Position numbers and translations under genes: made by a program | In this document: one piece after another, positions 9,727-19,972 of the stretch | How positions within the stretch are numbered: position 1 is the first letter of the stretch | Layout of the letters: each line of letters starts with the position of its first letter | IMG/VR virus record: IMGVR_UViG_3300027708_000025 | Coordinates: 1 to 64,000 of that record | Source of the DNA: a virus | Direction: 5' to 3' (one strand) | Length of the DNA: 64,000 nt | Notes under the pieces: generated by a model | The model's input: only the letters and a program-made list of their open reading frames with translations | Databases searched by the model: none | What the model was told of the DNA's origin: nothing

Positions 9727-12700
9727 ATGGCAACAATAGGCAATTACGGATCCGCACTAGGTAGCGCACTTAAACAGTCTGCTGGCGGTATAGTTAAAGG
9801 CTTTGGTTATGGACTCAAGGGAGCCGCACTCTCTGAGATGCCAGGACTTGTTGCCGGCTACGGCGCATTCTCTGCGCTACGCAAAAATGCAAATAGCATT
9901 GGACAAGCTAAAGCGGCTCTTGCACAGGGGTCTACAAATACTACTCCAGCATCTTCATCACCAGTAGGTGGTAATCCATTTGCACAAATGGTTCAACAGT
10001 TAGCACAGATTAATGCTAATACTGCTACTGCGGCTAATGTTGCAAGAGCATCAGCTAAAGCTGAACAATACAAAATGATGTTTGAAGAAGAGAAGGCTAG
10101 AGAACAAGCACAACAGAATCAAGCACTCATCGATGCAATTAAAAATTCAGGCATGGGTGGAGGCGGAGGTAAAGCTGGCGAAGCAGGTGCCGCAGCCGGT
10201 GGTGGATTATTAAGTAACATACTTGGAAATGCTTTAGGTGGAATGTTAGGCACAGTTGTTATGGGTGCATTGCTAGGACTTAGAAAAAGACTAGCCGCAT
10301 TCATCGCAGAGTTAGTATTATCTGCGGCATTGTTATTTGGTGGTGGAGGAAAATTAGGTAAAATTGCAGGCGCACTTGGGGTTGGTGCAAGAATTGCAGG
10401 TAAAGTTGGTTCTAGATTTATACCTTATGTGGGTTGGGCTTTACTAGCCGCAGACGTTGCTGAGGCGGCCACTGGTATGATGGGGTCTGGAAAAAAGGGT
10501 GCAAGTAAACCCAATGAACCAATGCAATATGATGCAATGGGCAACGCTACAGGTGCTGGTCCAGATACATCAGGCGAAGATAAAAAAGGTGATGCACGTT
10601 CACCAAAATCATTAACTGCACAAACAGGTGCAAATAAAACTTCAGGACTTTTATGGAGGGTTCCTCTCACAGTACCATATAGAGTTAGTAGTGAGTTTAA
10701 AGAAAAAAGTGCATTAAGAGGAGGCAGAGAACATGATGGTATCGATTTAGCAGTCGGTATGGGTAATTATGTTGTAGCCGCTGCCGATGGTATTCTTGTT
10801 CTAGTAAGTGAAAATAAAACTGCTGGAATATTTGCAATAGTAGACCACCGCAATGGAATGACTTCAGCGTATTGTCATCTATCTGCGGGTTTGACTCAAA
10901 AAGTTGGGCAGAATGTAAAGATTGGAGACGTTATTGGTTTTGTTGGTAGTACTGGCCACTCAACAGGACCACACTTACACTTCTCATTAAAGCGTGGCGG
11001 TAGCCCAGTTGATCCTAGAACCTTTATTAAATTCGGAGAAGGTAACAAAGAAACTGCGCCTGGCGCTCCAGCCACAGCACCAGGTGGTGCGCCTCAAGGT
11101 GATGCTAAACGTGGAAATTTTGATCCTAGAAAGGCTCAAGGTGTTCCTGGTTTTGCCGCACAAGCAAATAAAAAATTAGCAGAAAATGCAGTTACAGCAT
11201 ATTACAAAGCATTAAAAGAAGGTAAGACTGAAGAAGAAGCAACCGCAATTGCAACTAAAGTTGCTGGAGATAATCCTGTTGCAACGGATGCTATATCAAA
11301 ACTTTCTGCAAAACGTGTAGCGATACCAATACCAACAACACCATTAATTGAAATGGGTGATGCAAGTGTTGCAGAATCATATGCAAATAAACGTGACGTT
11401 GAAAACAATAAAAAAGAAGTCATTGAAAAATTAAAATCTATCAAAGAGAATACTGGTGTTACTGCAAAAGCAGTTAAAGACAATAGAATCAGTATGTCTA
11501 AAGGTAAATTTAAAACATCTGAGGATATATTAGCTAGAGTAAATAAACAATTTACTGATAGTTTACAAAGACAATTAACAAAAACAATCTCTGGCACTTT
11601 GATGAGTGCATTGTATCCAGGTGGATATAAAAACGTAAGTCAGAAAACAGCATCTGGACAAATGTATAGAGGTGAACAACTCAACAAGATGTTGGGTCTG
11701 ACGCCACAACTTACTAAACTTGGTACATCAATATTTGGTAAACAATATGGTCCTGCATTCGGACAAATCTTCAGTAAAGCCGCAACAGGCTATATGGAAG
11801 TTGGTGCTAGGTCTGTAGCACAAGGTATCTTTGGTTCAATGGGAATGAATTCCGACCAAGCAAATATTCTTGGTGGACAGATTTTAGGTAATCTTGCTAA
11901 AGGAACACAACAAGGTAAAGTAACTGCATTAGAACAAATTATCTATGGTGTGAGTGGAGGACAAGTTGCACTTGGACCTGAAACTATATTTGCAAAATAT
12001 GGTTTTGCATCGCCACAAGAAGGTATCAGTTACATGGCGAATGTATTGGGTTCAACCGCAATGGGACCTGTTGATAATGCGTTAGGAACTAGTCCACTTA
12101 ATATGCCTAACATGGATCCACGAATGAGAACCATGGGTGCGTTTGGTGGATACAATGGACAATATGGCAGTTCACCTACAGGAATGCCTTCAGCAGGAAC
12201 ATTGCAAGCGGCCGCACAGAATAATCCATATATGCAATTGAATAAAGATGGCATGGTTGTTCTTAAAGATAACGTACCACAATTAACAAAAGATACAGCA
12301 GACCAACTTAATGTAGCAAAACAAGCTGAAAAAGATGCACAACAAAGATTCTTAGATGCTGAAGGTGGTAGTACAGAAAGAGCCATTGCACAGAAAATGG
12401 TTAGTGAAGCACAATATGAACAGCAGATTTTAACTAATAGACTTCTTGCATCTAGAGCAACAACTGGTAGTGGAACAACTATTGGTGGTGGAGGTGCGGG
12501 TGGAGGCGGAGGATTCTTTAGTGGAGGCGGTCCTCTTGCTGAAGTTGGTAACATGGCTATTGACTTAGGTAAGTCTGCTATCACTCAAAAAGCTGTTCAA
12601 GCTATGGGTATTAAAAATCCATACATGGCTATGCTTGCATCTTTTGCAGTTAGCAAAGGATTATCATTCCTTGGTGGTAAAGCATTTGATATGTTTGCTG

Positions 12701-14094
12701 GTACTAGCGCAGGACAAAGTGTTACTGGCGCATTCTCTAGTGCAGGAAATACACTTAGTAATGCTTATGGAACATATGCACCATCATGGGCTGGTGGTTA
12801 TGATGCCGCAACAATGGCCGACTTGCAATTAGGTCAGCAAATGACAGCTAATGCGGCTGGAAGTGCTGGAAGTGCTGGAGCCGCAGGCGCCGCATCATCT
12901 ACTTCTTTTCTTCCAGGATTTGATTTTATGGATGCATTACCATATACGGCCTCCATCATAAAATTAGCACAAGGCGATATTAAAGGTGCGGCTGTAACTG
13001 CGGCCTTTACTTATATTGGATATGCAATTGGCGGACCTGTTGGAGGTTTTATTGGAAGTATTGTTGGAAGTTTATTTGGTGGAGGAAGTTCGCCCCCACA
13101 ACCAAATCCTCAAATCTGGCGTATCATTCGTGTTAAAGGAAATAATAACATCGCTGGTATTGCAGATTTGCAAGCGCCAAGAGAAGCAACGCCACAAGGT
13201 TGGGTAGAATTCGCAGATTCTCTAATTAGAGTAGCATTCAATGCAACTAAAGAAGCAGAAGTTCAAACAAAAGAACAATCTCCATTTGATTTTGTTATGT
13301 GTTCGATTGACAAAAATAGTGTGACGATTAGTTTGATAACGGGCGCACCATCTTCTGCTGGAAATGATTTGAACTTGGGTGCACCAGGAAAAGATTTCTC
13401 AGCGGGTGCGGCGGCATCACAAATTGTTAAACACGTTGCGGATGCATTCAAGGCCGCATATGCGGCTAAATCAGATGCTGTTGATAAAGCATCTAAATTA
13501 TTAAACTCTAAAACTTATGGTACTATATCAAAAGGTTTAATTAAAGAGTTAAGTACTGGCGCAAATAAAATTGATGTTACAAAAGAGCAAGGTGTGTTTG
13601 GTGCTACTGTTGCACAAGATGCAATCATTGCGGCTGGTTTAGCTAATAAACGTCAGGAGGCCACTTCTGGAGATGAGTATACTGCAGGAACTGATCCGAT
13701 GATTTATAGCATGAAAGAAGGTAAATATGTTGAGGCACCATTTACTGAAAAGATGGTAGACGTTACTGATGAGTATGGAAATGTATCTCAGGTTAAACGG
13801 AAAGTTTATGATACTACTGCATTGATGTATGATAAAAATGGAAAACTAATTTACGATACTAATAGTAATGGCATTGATATAGCAGATATTATCAGCGCAA
13901 CACCATCCAATTCTGCAACTATTATTACTGGTGGCAATGCGACTGGATCATCAAGCACACCCGTAACGGTTAATACTGTTGCTGATAACCGCCAGACAAA
14001 CAATCAGTCTGTTAACACATATTATGCAAACCTATTAAGCAAATCTAAAAATGCTATTAGAGATGCTAGTTTGAATACTGGATTGCCTGCATAA
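9727..14094 (+). CDS. Tape-measure/hub-like protein with M23 peptidase domain
   Basis: 1455 aa, Gly/Ala-rich; HDGIDLA and STGPHLHF zinc motifs; position after gp26/gp51. Confidence 0.75.
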   Translation: MATIGNYGSALGSALKQSAGGIVKGFGYGLKGAALSEMPGLVAGYGAFSALRKNANSIGQAKAALAQGSTNTTPASSSPVGGNPFAQMVQQLAQINANTATAANVARASAKAEQYKMMFEEEKAREQAQQNQALIDAIKNSGMGGGGGKAGEAGAAAGGGLLSNILGNALGGMLGTVVMGALLGLRKRLAAFIAELVLSAALLFGGGGKLGKIAGALGVGARIAGKVGSRFIPYVGWALLAADVAEAATGMMGSGKKGASKPNEPMQYDAMGNATGAGPDTSGEDKKGDARSPKSLTAQTGANKTSGLLWRVPLTVPYRVSSEFKEKSALRGGREHDGIDLAVGMGNYVVAAADGILVLVSENKTAGIFAIVDHRNGMTSAYCHLSAGLTQKVGQNVKIGDVIGFVGSTGHSTGPHLHFSLKRGGSPVDPRTFIKFGEGNKETAPGAPATAPGGAPQGDAKRGNFDPRKAQGVPGFAAQANKKLAENAVTAYYKALKEGKTEEEATAIATKVAGDNPVATDAISKLSAKRVAIPIPTTPLIEMGDASVAESYANKRDVENNKKEVIEKLKSIKENTGVTAKAVKDNRISMSKGKFKTSEDILARVNKQFTDSLQRQLTKTISGTLMSALYPGGYKNVSQKTASGQMYRGEQLNKMLGLTPQLTKLGTSIFGKQYGPAFGQIFSKAATGYMEVGARSVAQGIFGSMGMNSDQANILGGQILGNLAKGTQQGKVTALEQIIYGVSGGQVALGPETIFAKYGFASPQEGISYMANVLGSTAMGPVDNALGTSPLNMPNMDPRMRTMGAFGGYNGQYGSSPTGMPSAGTLQAAAQNNPYMQLNKDGMVVLKDNVPQLTKDTADQLNVAKQAEKDAQQRFLDAEGGSTERAIAQKMVSEAQYEQQILTNRLLASRATTGSGTTIGGGGAGGGGGFFSGGGPLAEVGNMAIDLGKSAITQKAVQAMGIKNPYMAMLASFAVSKGLSFLGGKAFDMFAGTSAGQSVTGAFSSAGNTLSNAYGTYAPSWAGGYDAATMADLQLGQQMTANAAGSAGSAGAAGAASSTSFLPGFDFMDALPYTASIIKLAQGDIKGAAVTAAFTYIGYAIGGPVGGFIGSIVGSLFGGGSSPPQPNPQIWRIIRVKGNNNIAGIADLQAPREATPQGWVEFADSLIRVAFNATKEAEVQTKEQSPFDFVMCSIDKNSVTISLITGAPSSAGNDLNLGAPGKDFSAGAAASQIVKHVADAFKAAYAAKSDAVDKASKLLNSKTYGTISKGLIKELSTGANKIDVTKEQGVFGATVAQDAIIAAGLANKRQEATSGDEYTAGTDPMIYSMKEGKYVEAPFTEKMVDVTDEYGNVSQVKRKVYDTTALMYDKNGKLIYDTNSNGIDIADIISATPSNSATIITGGNATGSSSTPVTVNTVADNRQTNNQSVNTYYANLLSKSKNAIRDASLNTGLPA

Positions 14095-14123
14095 AAAAAG
14101 GGGAAGCATTTTACTGCTTCCCC
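14092..14123 (-). terminator. Intrinsic terminator between convergent gp32 and tape-measure gene
   Basis: GGGGAAGCA-GTAAAA-TGCTTCCCC then T7 on minus strand. Confidence 0.85.
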
Positions 14124-14149
14124 AAAGTCACAAAGGAGATTACGAAATA

Positions 14150-15055
14150 TTAATCTTCAGCCAACTTCTCAAAATAACTCAAGTCTTCATCATCACTAAC
14201 TGAATCTGCAACTGTAGTCTTTGGCTTAGTTACTGCCTCAGGTTTAGCTGTAACTGGTACGTTAGGTTTAGTGGAGTAATAATTATCTCCAGCAGAACCA
14301 TCTTCAAGCCCAAGCACTTTGTTCAAACGTGCTTTCAATTCATCATAAGACTTGAAGTTCTTTTCGCTCAAGAATTCAGACAAGCTAAACTCTTGCTTCC
14401 AGATACGTTCTAGATCATCTTCATCGCCAGACAAAGGTGCTGGTGATTCAAACTCAGACTTATCATAGTTCTGATAACCTTCAACTTTACGAATCTTCAA
14501 CTTGAAGTTCGCACCTTCCCAAAGGTCAAATGGGTTGACAGGAGTTTCATCTTCAAACTCAGGATTCATCAAGTCATTCAACTTGTCAAAAATCTTCTTA
14601 CCGAATTTGAACAATTTAACTGTTCCATCATTGTCAGGATTCGCAGGATCCTTAACAATATAAACGTTTGCGATATACTGCAACTTACGCTTTTGCTTAC
14701 GTGCAATATCTTTGTTAGCATCAGAACCAGAGTTCCAAAGGATGCTATTGTGTTCAGACACAGGGTCTTTCTTGTTGAGTGTAGTCAACGAATTTTCAAT
14801 GTACCATCCACCAGGACCTTGGAATGAATGATTGAAAACTTGAACCCAAGGTACATCTTCGCCTGCTGGTGCGGGAAGAAAACGGATCGTTGCGAAACCG
14901 TTACCTGCTTTGTCTACTGTGGGTTTCCAGAATCGGAGGTCTTCATAAGACTTCTTACCTTCTTCTTTATTTGTGAGTTTGGAAACTGCGTCTGTGAGTT
15001 TTTCCAAATCTTTGGTGCGTGACTTTTTCAAATCTGCAAATGATGTTGATGCCAT
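14150..15055 (-). CDS. gp32: Single-stranded DNA-binding protein gp32
   Basis: DKAGNGFATIRFLPAP, HSFQGPGGWYIENSLTT, FDLWEGANFKLKIRKVEGYQNYDKSEF, acidic tail; start at MASTSF with RBS. Confidence 0.97.
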   Translation of the reverse strand: MASTSFADLKKSRTKDLEKLTDAVSKLTNKEEGKKSYEDLRFWKPTVDKAGNGFATIRFLPAPAGEDVPWVQVFNHSFQGPGGWYIENSLTTLNKKDPVSEHNSILWNSGSDANKDIARKQKRKLQYIANVYIVKDPANPDNDGTVKLFKFGKKIFDKLNDLMNPEFEDETPVNPFDLWEGANFKLKIRKVEGYQNYDKSEFESPAPLSGDEDDLERIWKQEFSLSEFLSEKNFKSYDELKARLNKVLGLEDGSAGDNYYSTKPNVPVTAKPEAVTKPKTTVADSVSDDEDLSYFEKLAED

Positions 15056-15132
15056 ATTAGTATTTCCTTGTATGTTAAGTATTAAATGTATGTTTTGCTT
15101 GTCCACTTTTATCATAATCTACTATAGTATAT

Positions 15133-15161
15133 AGTCTATCACAATTCTCTTTTTGTGTCAA
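15133..15161 (-). promoter_or_regulatory. Sigma70-type promoter for gp32
   Basis: TTGACA-17-TAGACT. Confidence 0.65.
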
Positions 15162-15199
15162 TAGACGGCAAACCTTTGATGGTTTACGCATTATTGCCA

Positions 15200-15796
15200 C
15201 TACGTCACTACTAACTCTCTTAGTGACTTTTTCATCCGTGCCGTATCGTAATTTAAAAAGGGCTGGTACTTTTTGCATAACTTGCTTACCTCTTTGTAGA
15301 TTGGATCATGTATCATTATATCATACCTTTTGACAAATTGCAATAGCGAATTAAGTATCGCAAGTGTCTCCAGACTGATTTCTTTTCTTAAGTATTTCTT
15401 TATGATTGGTGGATGATCTCCACCTTTAGCATTAAAAAATTCATTCAGTTCGGTTGCTGTCCAACCAGAGATAAAATCCATCTCATTCTTAAATACATAC
15501 GTCAACGATTCTTGTCTACGTTTCCATTCTTTGTAGCGTTCTTCACACTCTTCAGACAGAAGTTCACCGACCCACATTTTTGTGTCGTGCATAAAATTAG
15601 AAACTAAAAACTCTTCTAAGTAAGCATCTTTACGATTGCCAAGTTTAGCAAAAAAGATTTTGTCTTTACGTTTCAAAAAAGAATCGTAAGTGACATTGAC
15701 TTTCTTATTATACTTGAACCAATCGTAGCTGTCTAACGTAAAATGATTTTTAACTCCTAAGTAAACCTTGTATGCGTCTATAGCATCCATTTTCAT
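15200..15796 (-). CDS. gp59: Helicase loader gp59
   Basis: YLGVKNHFT..YDWFKYN, FLKRKDKIFFAKL, ISLETL; upstream of gp32. Confidence 0.9.
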   Translation of the reverse strand: MKMDAIDAYKVYLGVKNHFTLDSYDWFKYNKKVNVTYDSFLKRKDKIFFAKLGNRKDAYLEEFLVSNFMHDTKMWVGELLSEECEERYKEWKRRQESLTYVFKNEMDFISGWTATELNEFFNAKGGDHPPIIKKYLRKEISLETLAILNSLLQFVKRYDIMIHDPIYKEVSKLCKKYQPFLNYDTARMKKSLRELVVT

Positions 15797-16035
15797 CAGT
15801 CTTCAACCTCAAGAGGTAATCTAGCTTTCGGTGCAATCATCTTCAACTTCATTGCTTCGCCTTCAATGGAAGACTTCATGCGAGGTGTAACTAAAGATGC
15901 CGCAGTCTCAACTTCAATGTTTTTAATAGTGCAGTATTCAAGAATAGCATCAATCATTGTGATTGGATGCTTATCAAATTGAATCTTCTTAATTTCAGAT
16001 TCAAATTCTTTCTGAGTCAAAATATTAAGATTCAT
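15796..16035 (-). CDS. gp33: Late transcription coactivator gp33
   Basis: IDAILEYC..NIEVETAASLV..MKSSIEGEA..L; gp33-59-32 order. Confidence 0.85.
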   Translation of the reverse strand: MNLNILTQKEFESEIKKIQFDKHPITMIDAILEYCTIKNIEVETAASLVTPRMKSSIEGEAMKLKMIAPKARLPLEVED

Positions 16036-16216
16036 AGAATCGTACTGATGTAATTCTGCCGTTTTTGTAGTAGCCAAATTTAGTTTGCACCTTTGCTGGT
16101 TTTGCCGAACGAAAATTCAAATTAGTCATTTCGCTTTCAGACGCATAGTAGTGTGATGGATATCCATTCTTACGCTGATACGTTCTCATCTTAATTTCAG
16201 TCTTCATAATATTCAT
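16025..16216 (-). CDS. Hypothetical protein
   Basis: 63-aa ORF in operon. Confidence 0.5.
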   Translation of the reverse strand: MNIMKTEIKMRTYQRKNGYPSHYYASESEMTNLNFRSAKPAKVQTKFGYYKNGRITSVRFYES

Positions 16217-16233
16217 TTCAAAATTTCCTTTAA

Positions 16234-16743
16234 TTACAATCTATAAAAAATATGCCCCTCAATTTGAGCAATCCTATGCACTTTGTTAATCCATGCTGGT
16301 TTAACATCAATTGCATGAAAGTGTGTAGCACCTTCTAAGAGTTTAATTATATCACTACCTATTGATTTTGTCAATAATAATTTGGCAACTTCATATGATT
16401 CTTTCCAACGACTATTGTTAGCTGGTGGTGTGCTTGCTTGTTTACTATTGTACCAAGAAAACTGTTGTGATTCCGTGACAACATCACGAATGTTTTTTGG
16501 ATAACGTTTATCCTTTAGTCTGTTTAATGTCACTACGCCTACTGCAATTTTGCCGATGAGTGGTTGATTGCCTGCTTCGTGATAAATGTTCATTGCCATC
16601 CAATACAAGTCTGATTTACTTGAATCTTTTGGTGCAGTTGATGCTTCTGATAATTCTCTGAGTGTTGGTAATGCTGATGATGCATGTGACAGAGGTGTGA
16701 TTGATGATAGTACTAAAAATATTACTGCTAGTAATGCTCTCAT
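16234..16743 (-). CDS. SleB-like cell wall hydrolase with signal peptide
   Basis: NIYHEAGNQ, VTLNRL, QFSW, GATHFH, IEGHIFY. Confidence 0.9.
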   Translation of the reverse strand: MRALLAVIFLVLSSITPLSHASSALPTLRELSEASTAPKDSSKSDLYWMAMNIYHEAGNQPLIGKIAVGVVTLNRLKDKRYPKNIRDVVTESQQFSWYNSKQASTPPANNSRWKESYEVAKLLLTKSIGSDIIKLLEGATHFHAIDVKPAWINKVHRIAQIEGHIFYRL

Positions 16744-16798
16744 ATTTTTCCTTTCTTTTTTGAATGGAGGGATACATTGTACCCCTCCTGCAAACTAA

Positions 16799-17035
16799 TT
16801 ATGCGTTGTCAATAAACGCTTTTAATTCTTTTGCTTTCTTCAGTATGTCTTCTGAAGTTGGGAACTGAGGATTCTCTGGTCTGTTTGGTATCGTACTGCC
16901 CGTGTCTCTTGCGGCACTTGATTCAAACTCCCACTTCTCTCTAGTCCAATTTTGCTTTGCGTAATAGTCTTCCATTACGATGCCTTTCGCCATATCGAGA
17001 ATCTCAAGGCGAATTTCAAACGGTGTTTTACTCAT
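16799..17035 (-). CDS. Conserved T4-like hypothetical protein
   Basis: TPFEIRLEILDMAK...FPTSEDILKKAKELKAFI; strong GGAGG RBS. Confidence 0.75.
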   Translation of the reverse strand: MSKTPFEIRLEILDMAKGIVMEDYYAKQNWTREKWEFESSAARDTGSTIPNRPENPQFPTSEDILKKAKELKAFIDNA

Positions 17036-17092
17036 ATTTCCTCCTGTGTGTGTAATGAGTTGTGTAAAATACCCACATAATTGTTTAGTGGG

Positions 17093-18097
17093 TTAGTTAT
17101 TTAGCAATCTATTAAGAATTCTTGAATAATCTTGCCAAACGCTTTCCTTGCTGTATGCTTTATACAGAGGTTCTAGGGGTGCAGTACCATTTGCAATGAT
17201 TTGCCTGATGCTACTATTTTCAATTAAAACGCTAGGTTCTAAGTCCCAATAATTTCGCATCTGATGACTACGTGTTACTGCAATAGGGCGCCCTGACGCC
17301 AATGCATAATCTGGACTACTTGCGAGTCCACATCCATCTAGATAATCATAAAAATAACAGTTAATTGTATTTTGCGCTAACAAGTTAATAATCTGTTGAG
17401 TATCTAATAGATCATGTGTGATGATAACATCAATTCCTGGTTTTGTAATAATGCGTTTAACTTCTTCGGCTCTTGCAAGTGCATTACTTCCTTTACGCCC
17501 ATGAATCTGGTCTTCATAGAATCCAAAAGGAATGTGAAGTCTCAATGTTGCTTCATCGAATTCTTCTTGTACTTTGTGCGCTAGTCTAGCAATGCCTTTG
17601 TGTGGTGGACCAAACCCTTGAAATCCGATGATTGGTTTCTCAGGCTCAACATATGATACTGTTGGTTTTCCTGGAAGCAAACGATTTGTTGTGAACACAT
17701 GCTGTGTCTCTTTCACGCTAGGATCATCTGCAATAATGTATTCCCAACCATGATTGGATCTAGGCGAATATGAATCTGCAATTGATTGGCTCATGTCGTG
17801 CATGATTCGTAGGTGTTTAATGTGTGGAAATACATTTCTCAAATGTGGATGATCCATCCATGGAGTTGTTCCTGGTGCATAGTTATAAACGATTGCTTCA
17901 GGACTTAAAGATAGAATTGCGTCTTCTACTGTATTCATATTGTCTGCGTAAATCATCTTGAAATTAAATTCTGGATGTTCAAGTAATACTTTACCTGTAA
18001 CGTCACCCATCAATCCTATACCACAAGCGGCTTTAAATCCTAAAGTCTGTGTGACAAATAATATAGTACGTTTCATTTTATTGTTTTCCATTTTCAA
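17093..18097 (-). CDS. Glycosyltransferase-like protein
   Basis: CGI N-terminus, GFGPPHKG, SSPDYALASGRP; paralog of 19046..19972. Confidence 0.6.
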   Translation of the reverse strand: MKMENNKMKRTILFVTQTLGFKAACGIGLMGDVTGKVLLEHPEFNFKMIYADNMNTVEDAILSLSPEAIVYNYAPGTTPWMDHPHLRNVFPHIKHLRIMHDMSQSIADSYSPRSNHGWEYIIADDPSVKETQHVFTTNRLLPGKPTVSYVEPEKPIIGFQGFGPPHKGIARLAHKVQEEFDEATLRLHIPFGFYEDQIHGRKGSNALARAEEVKRIITKPGIDVIITHDLLDTQQIINLLAQNTINCYFYDYLDGCGLASSPDYALASGRPIAVTRSHQMRNYWDLEPSVLIENSSIRQIIANGTAPLEPLYKAYSKESVWQDYSRILNRLLNN

Positions 18098-19049
18098 CTT
18101 GAAAATTAATCCACCGATAGGTTTCTTTCAGTCCTTCTTTCAGATTTTGACTTGGGCGCCAATTTAATTTTTCTTCTATCAACTCATTGTTACTGTTACG
18201 CCCACGTACACCTGTTGGACCATCAATGTGTTTCTTGCGGATTGTTTTGCCTGCAATCTGTGCAACAAGATCAACTGTGTCGTTGATACTAATCATTTGA
18301 TCTGCACCGATGTTAACTGGACCATGAAACGTTTCACTATTCATCAAGTGTCTAACGCCTTCAATACAATCATCAATGTATAGAAAACTTCTAGTCTGTT
18401 CGCCATCACCCCAAATTTCAATTTCATCACCATCATTCGCTTTTGCAATCTTTCTGCAAACTGCGGCTGGAAACTTCTCTTTACCTCCGTCCCATGTACC
18501 ATATGGTCCAAAGATATTGTGAAATCTAGCAACTTTGTTTTGCATACCATGTTGACGATTGTATGCATGAAACAATCTTTCAGAGAATAACTTTTCCCAT
18601 CCATATTCAGAATCGGGATGTGCTGGATATGCACTTGATTCTCTGCAATCAGGATTTACATTTGATGATTGTAGTTCTTCATTGTATACACATGCGCTAC
18701 TGCTGAAGAATACTTTTTTGATGTTCATCTCTTTACATCTATGGAGAACATTCAAATTAATTGTTGCGCTATTGTGCATTACATCTGCATCATATAAATT
18801 TGTATTGATATAACCTGCACCACCCATGTCGGCAGCCAATTGATATACTTCATCAAATTGTTGGTCAATAACATTTTTTACTTCAGATTGTGAAGTTAAA
18901 TCTGCAAGTTGAAAATCATCTGCGTGACTATATTCATGTTCATGTAGTTTTTTATCTACGCCACGAACCCAATAGCCTTCTGATTTTAAACGCTTAACCA
19001 TGTGACCGCCAATGAAGCCACCAGCGCCTAGTACTAATGCAGTTTTCAT
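18078..19049 (-). CDS. NAD-dependent epimerase (GDP-mannose 3,5-epimerase-like)
   Basis: GAGGFIG, QLAADMGGAGYI, SSACVY, YGWEK. Confidence 0.9.
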   Translation of the reverse strand: MKTALVLGAGGFIGGHMVKRLKSEGYWVRGVDKKLHEHEYSHADDFQLADLTSQSEVKNVIDQQFDEVYQLAADMGGAGYINTNLYDADVMHNSATINLNVLHRCKEMNIKKVFFSSSACVYNEELQSSNVNPDCRESSAYPAHPDSEYGWEKLFSERLFHAYNRQHGMQNKVARFHNIFGPYGTWDGGKEKFPAAVCRKIAKANDGDEIEIWGDGEQTRSFLYIDDCIEGVRHLMNSETFHGPVNIGADQMISINDTVDLVAQIAGKTIRKKHIDGPTGVRGRNSNNELIEEKLNWRPSQNLKEGLKETYRWINFQVENGKQ

Positions 19050-19972
19050 TTGTCTAATAATCCTTCGTACAATGTCAATAATTTATTTGGATTCCAAGCA
19101 TCATAGAATTCTTGAAATGGTTCAATTCCACCAGCAACAATATCTTTGATTGAAGTTTTTGTCAAATCGTTGAAATCTCTTCTAGTATGTGATAAGAATG
19201 TAGAATCATTAACGCCAAAAGGTTTCTTTGATGCTAACGCACGATCTACTGATCCACTCACGCCAGGAACATTTGGTGTCTTATACCAATACAGATTAAT
19301 GTCGTTTTGATTTAACCACGTAATCAAATCTTTTTTATTGAAGAATTCTTGAGTCACATTGATTTGAACATTACTCTTAGCAAGTTTTCTACATGCACGT
19401 TCTAATGAATTTGAAAGCCCACCAGATGGATCAACATAAGCACCATTTGCTAAGTGAAGATTTAAAATAACATCTTCGCTAAATTGTTCGTTTATTAATC
19501 CGATGATTTGTTCTAGATTCTTTGTTACATTACTGATGCCACTTGTGCCAATCTTCAATACATCATTGGGTTTTGAATATTGAATGTTATCGTAGTATGA
19601 GATTGGAGGAACGCCAGCGTATTCATCTCCCGATGTTTCTTTTCTAGGGTCGGTAAAAATGTAAGAATTAATTCCAGTAAATTTATTAACGTGTTCATGC
19701 CCAACAATCGCTAATTGTTTAGTCTTTGTTGAATTTGCAATCGGTCTAGTGATACCATTGTTTAGCCAATTCAATGTAGATGGATGATGATTGTATATAA
19801 TAGCATATGGATCTATATCAGCCACTTGTTGATTAAATTCTCTATGTGAATCGGTAGCTAAAAATTCAAACTCATAGTTTTTAGATGTTTTTAAAATTTC
19901 ATATACAGAATCTGCATACTGATAGATACCGCATTCTTTAGTCGCACCAGTTACTAAAATTACTTTTTTCAT
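19046..19972 (-). CDS. Glycosyltransferase-like protein
   Basis: CGIYQY, GVSGSVDRALASKKP; paralog of 17093..18097. Confidence 0.6.
   Translation of the reverse strand: MKKVILVTGATKECGIYQYADSVYEILKTSKNYEFEFLATDSHREFNQQVADIDPYAIIYNHHPSTLNWLNNGITRPIANSTKTKQLAIVGHEHVNKFTGINSYIFTDPRKETSGDEYAGVPPISYYDNIQYSKPNDVLKIGTSGISNVTKNLEQIIGLINEQFSEDVILNLHLANGAYVDPSGGLSNSLERACRKLAKSNVQINVTQEFFNKKDLITWLNQNDINLYWYKTPNVPGVSGSVDRALASKKPFGVNDSTFLSHTRRDFNDLTKTSIKDIVAGGIEPFQEFYDAWNPNKLLTLYEGLLDK

Noticed and set aside
10119-13451. Antisense and alternate-frame ORFs inside the 1455-aa gene
   Set aside because: By-products of Gly/Ala codon bias; no RBS or motifs.
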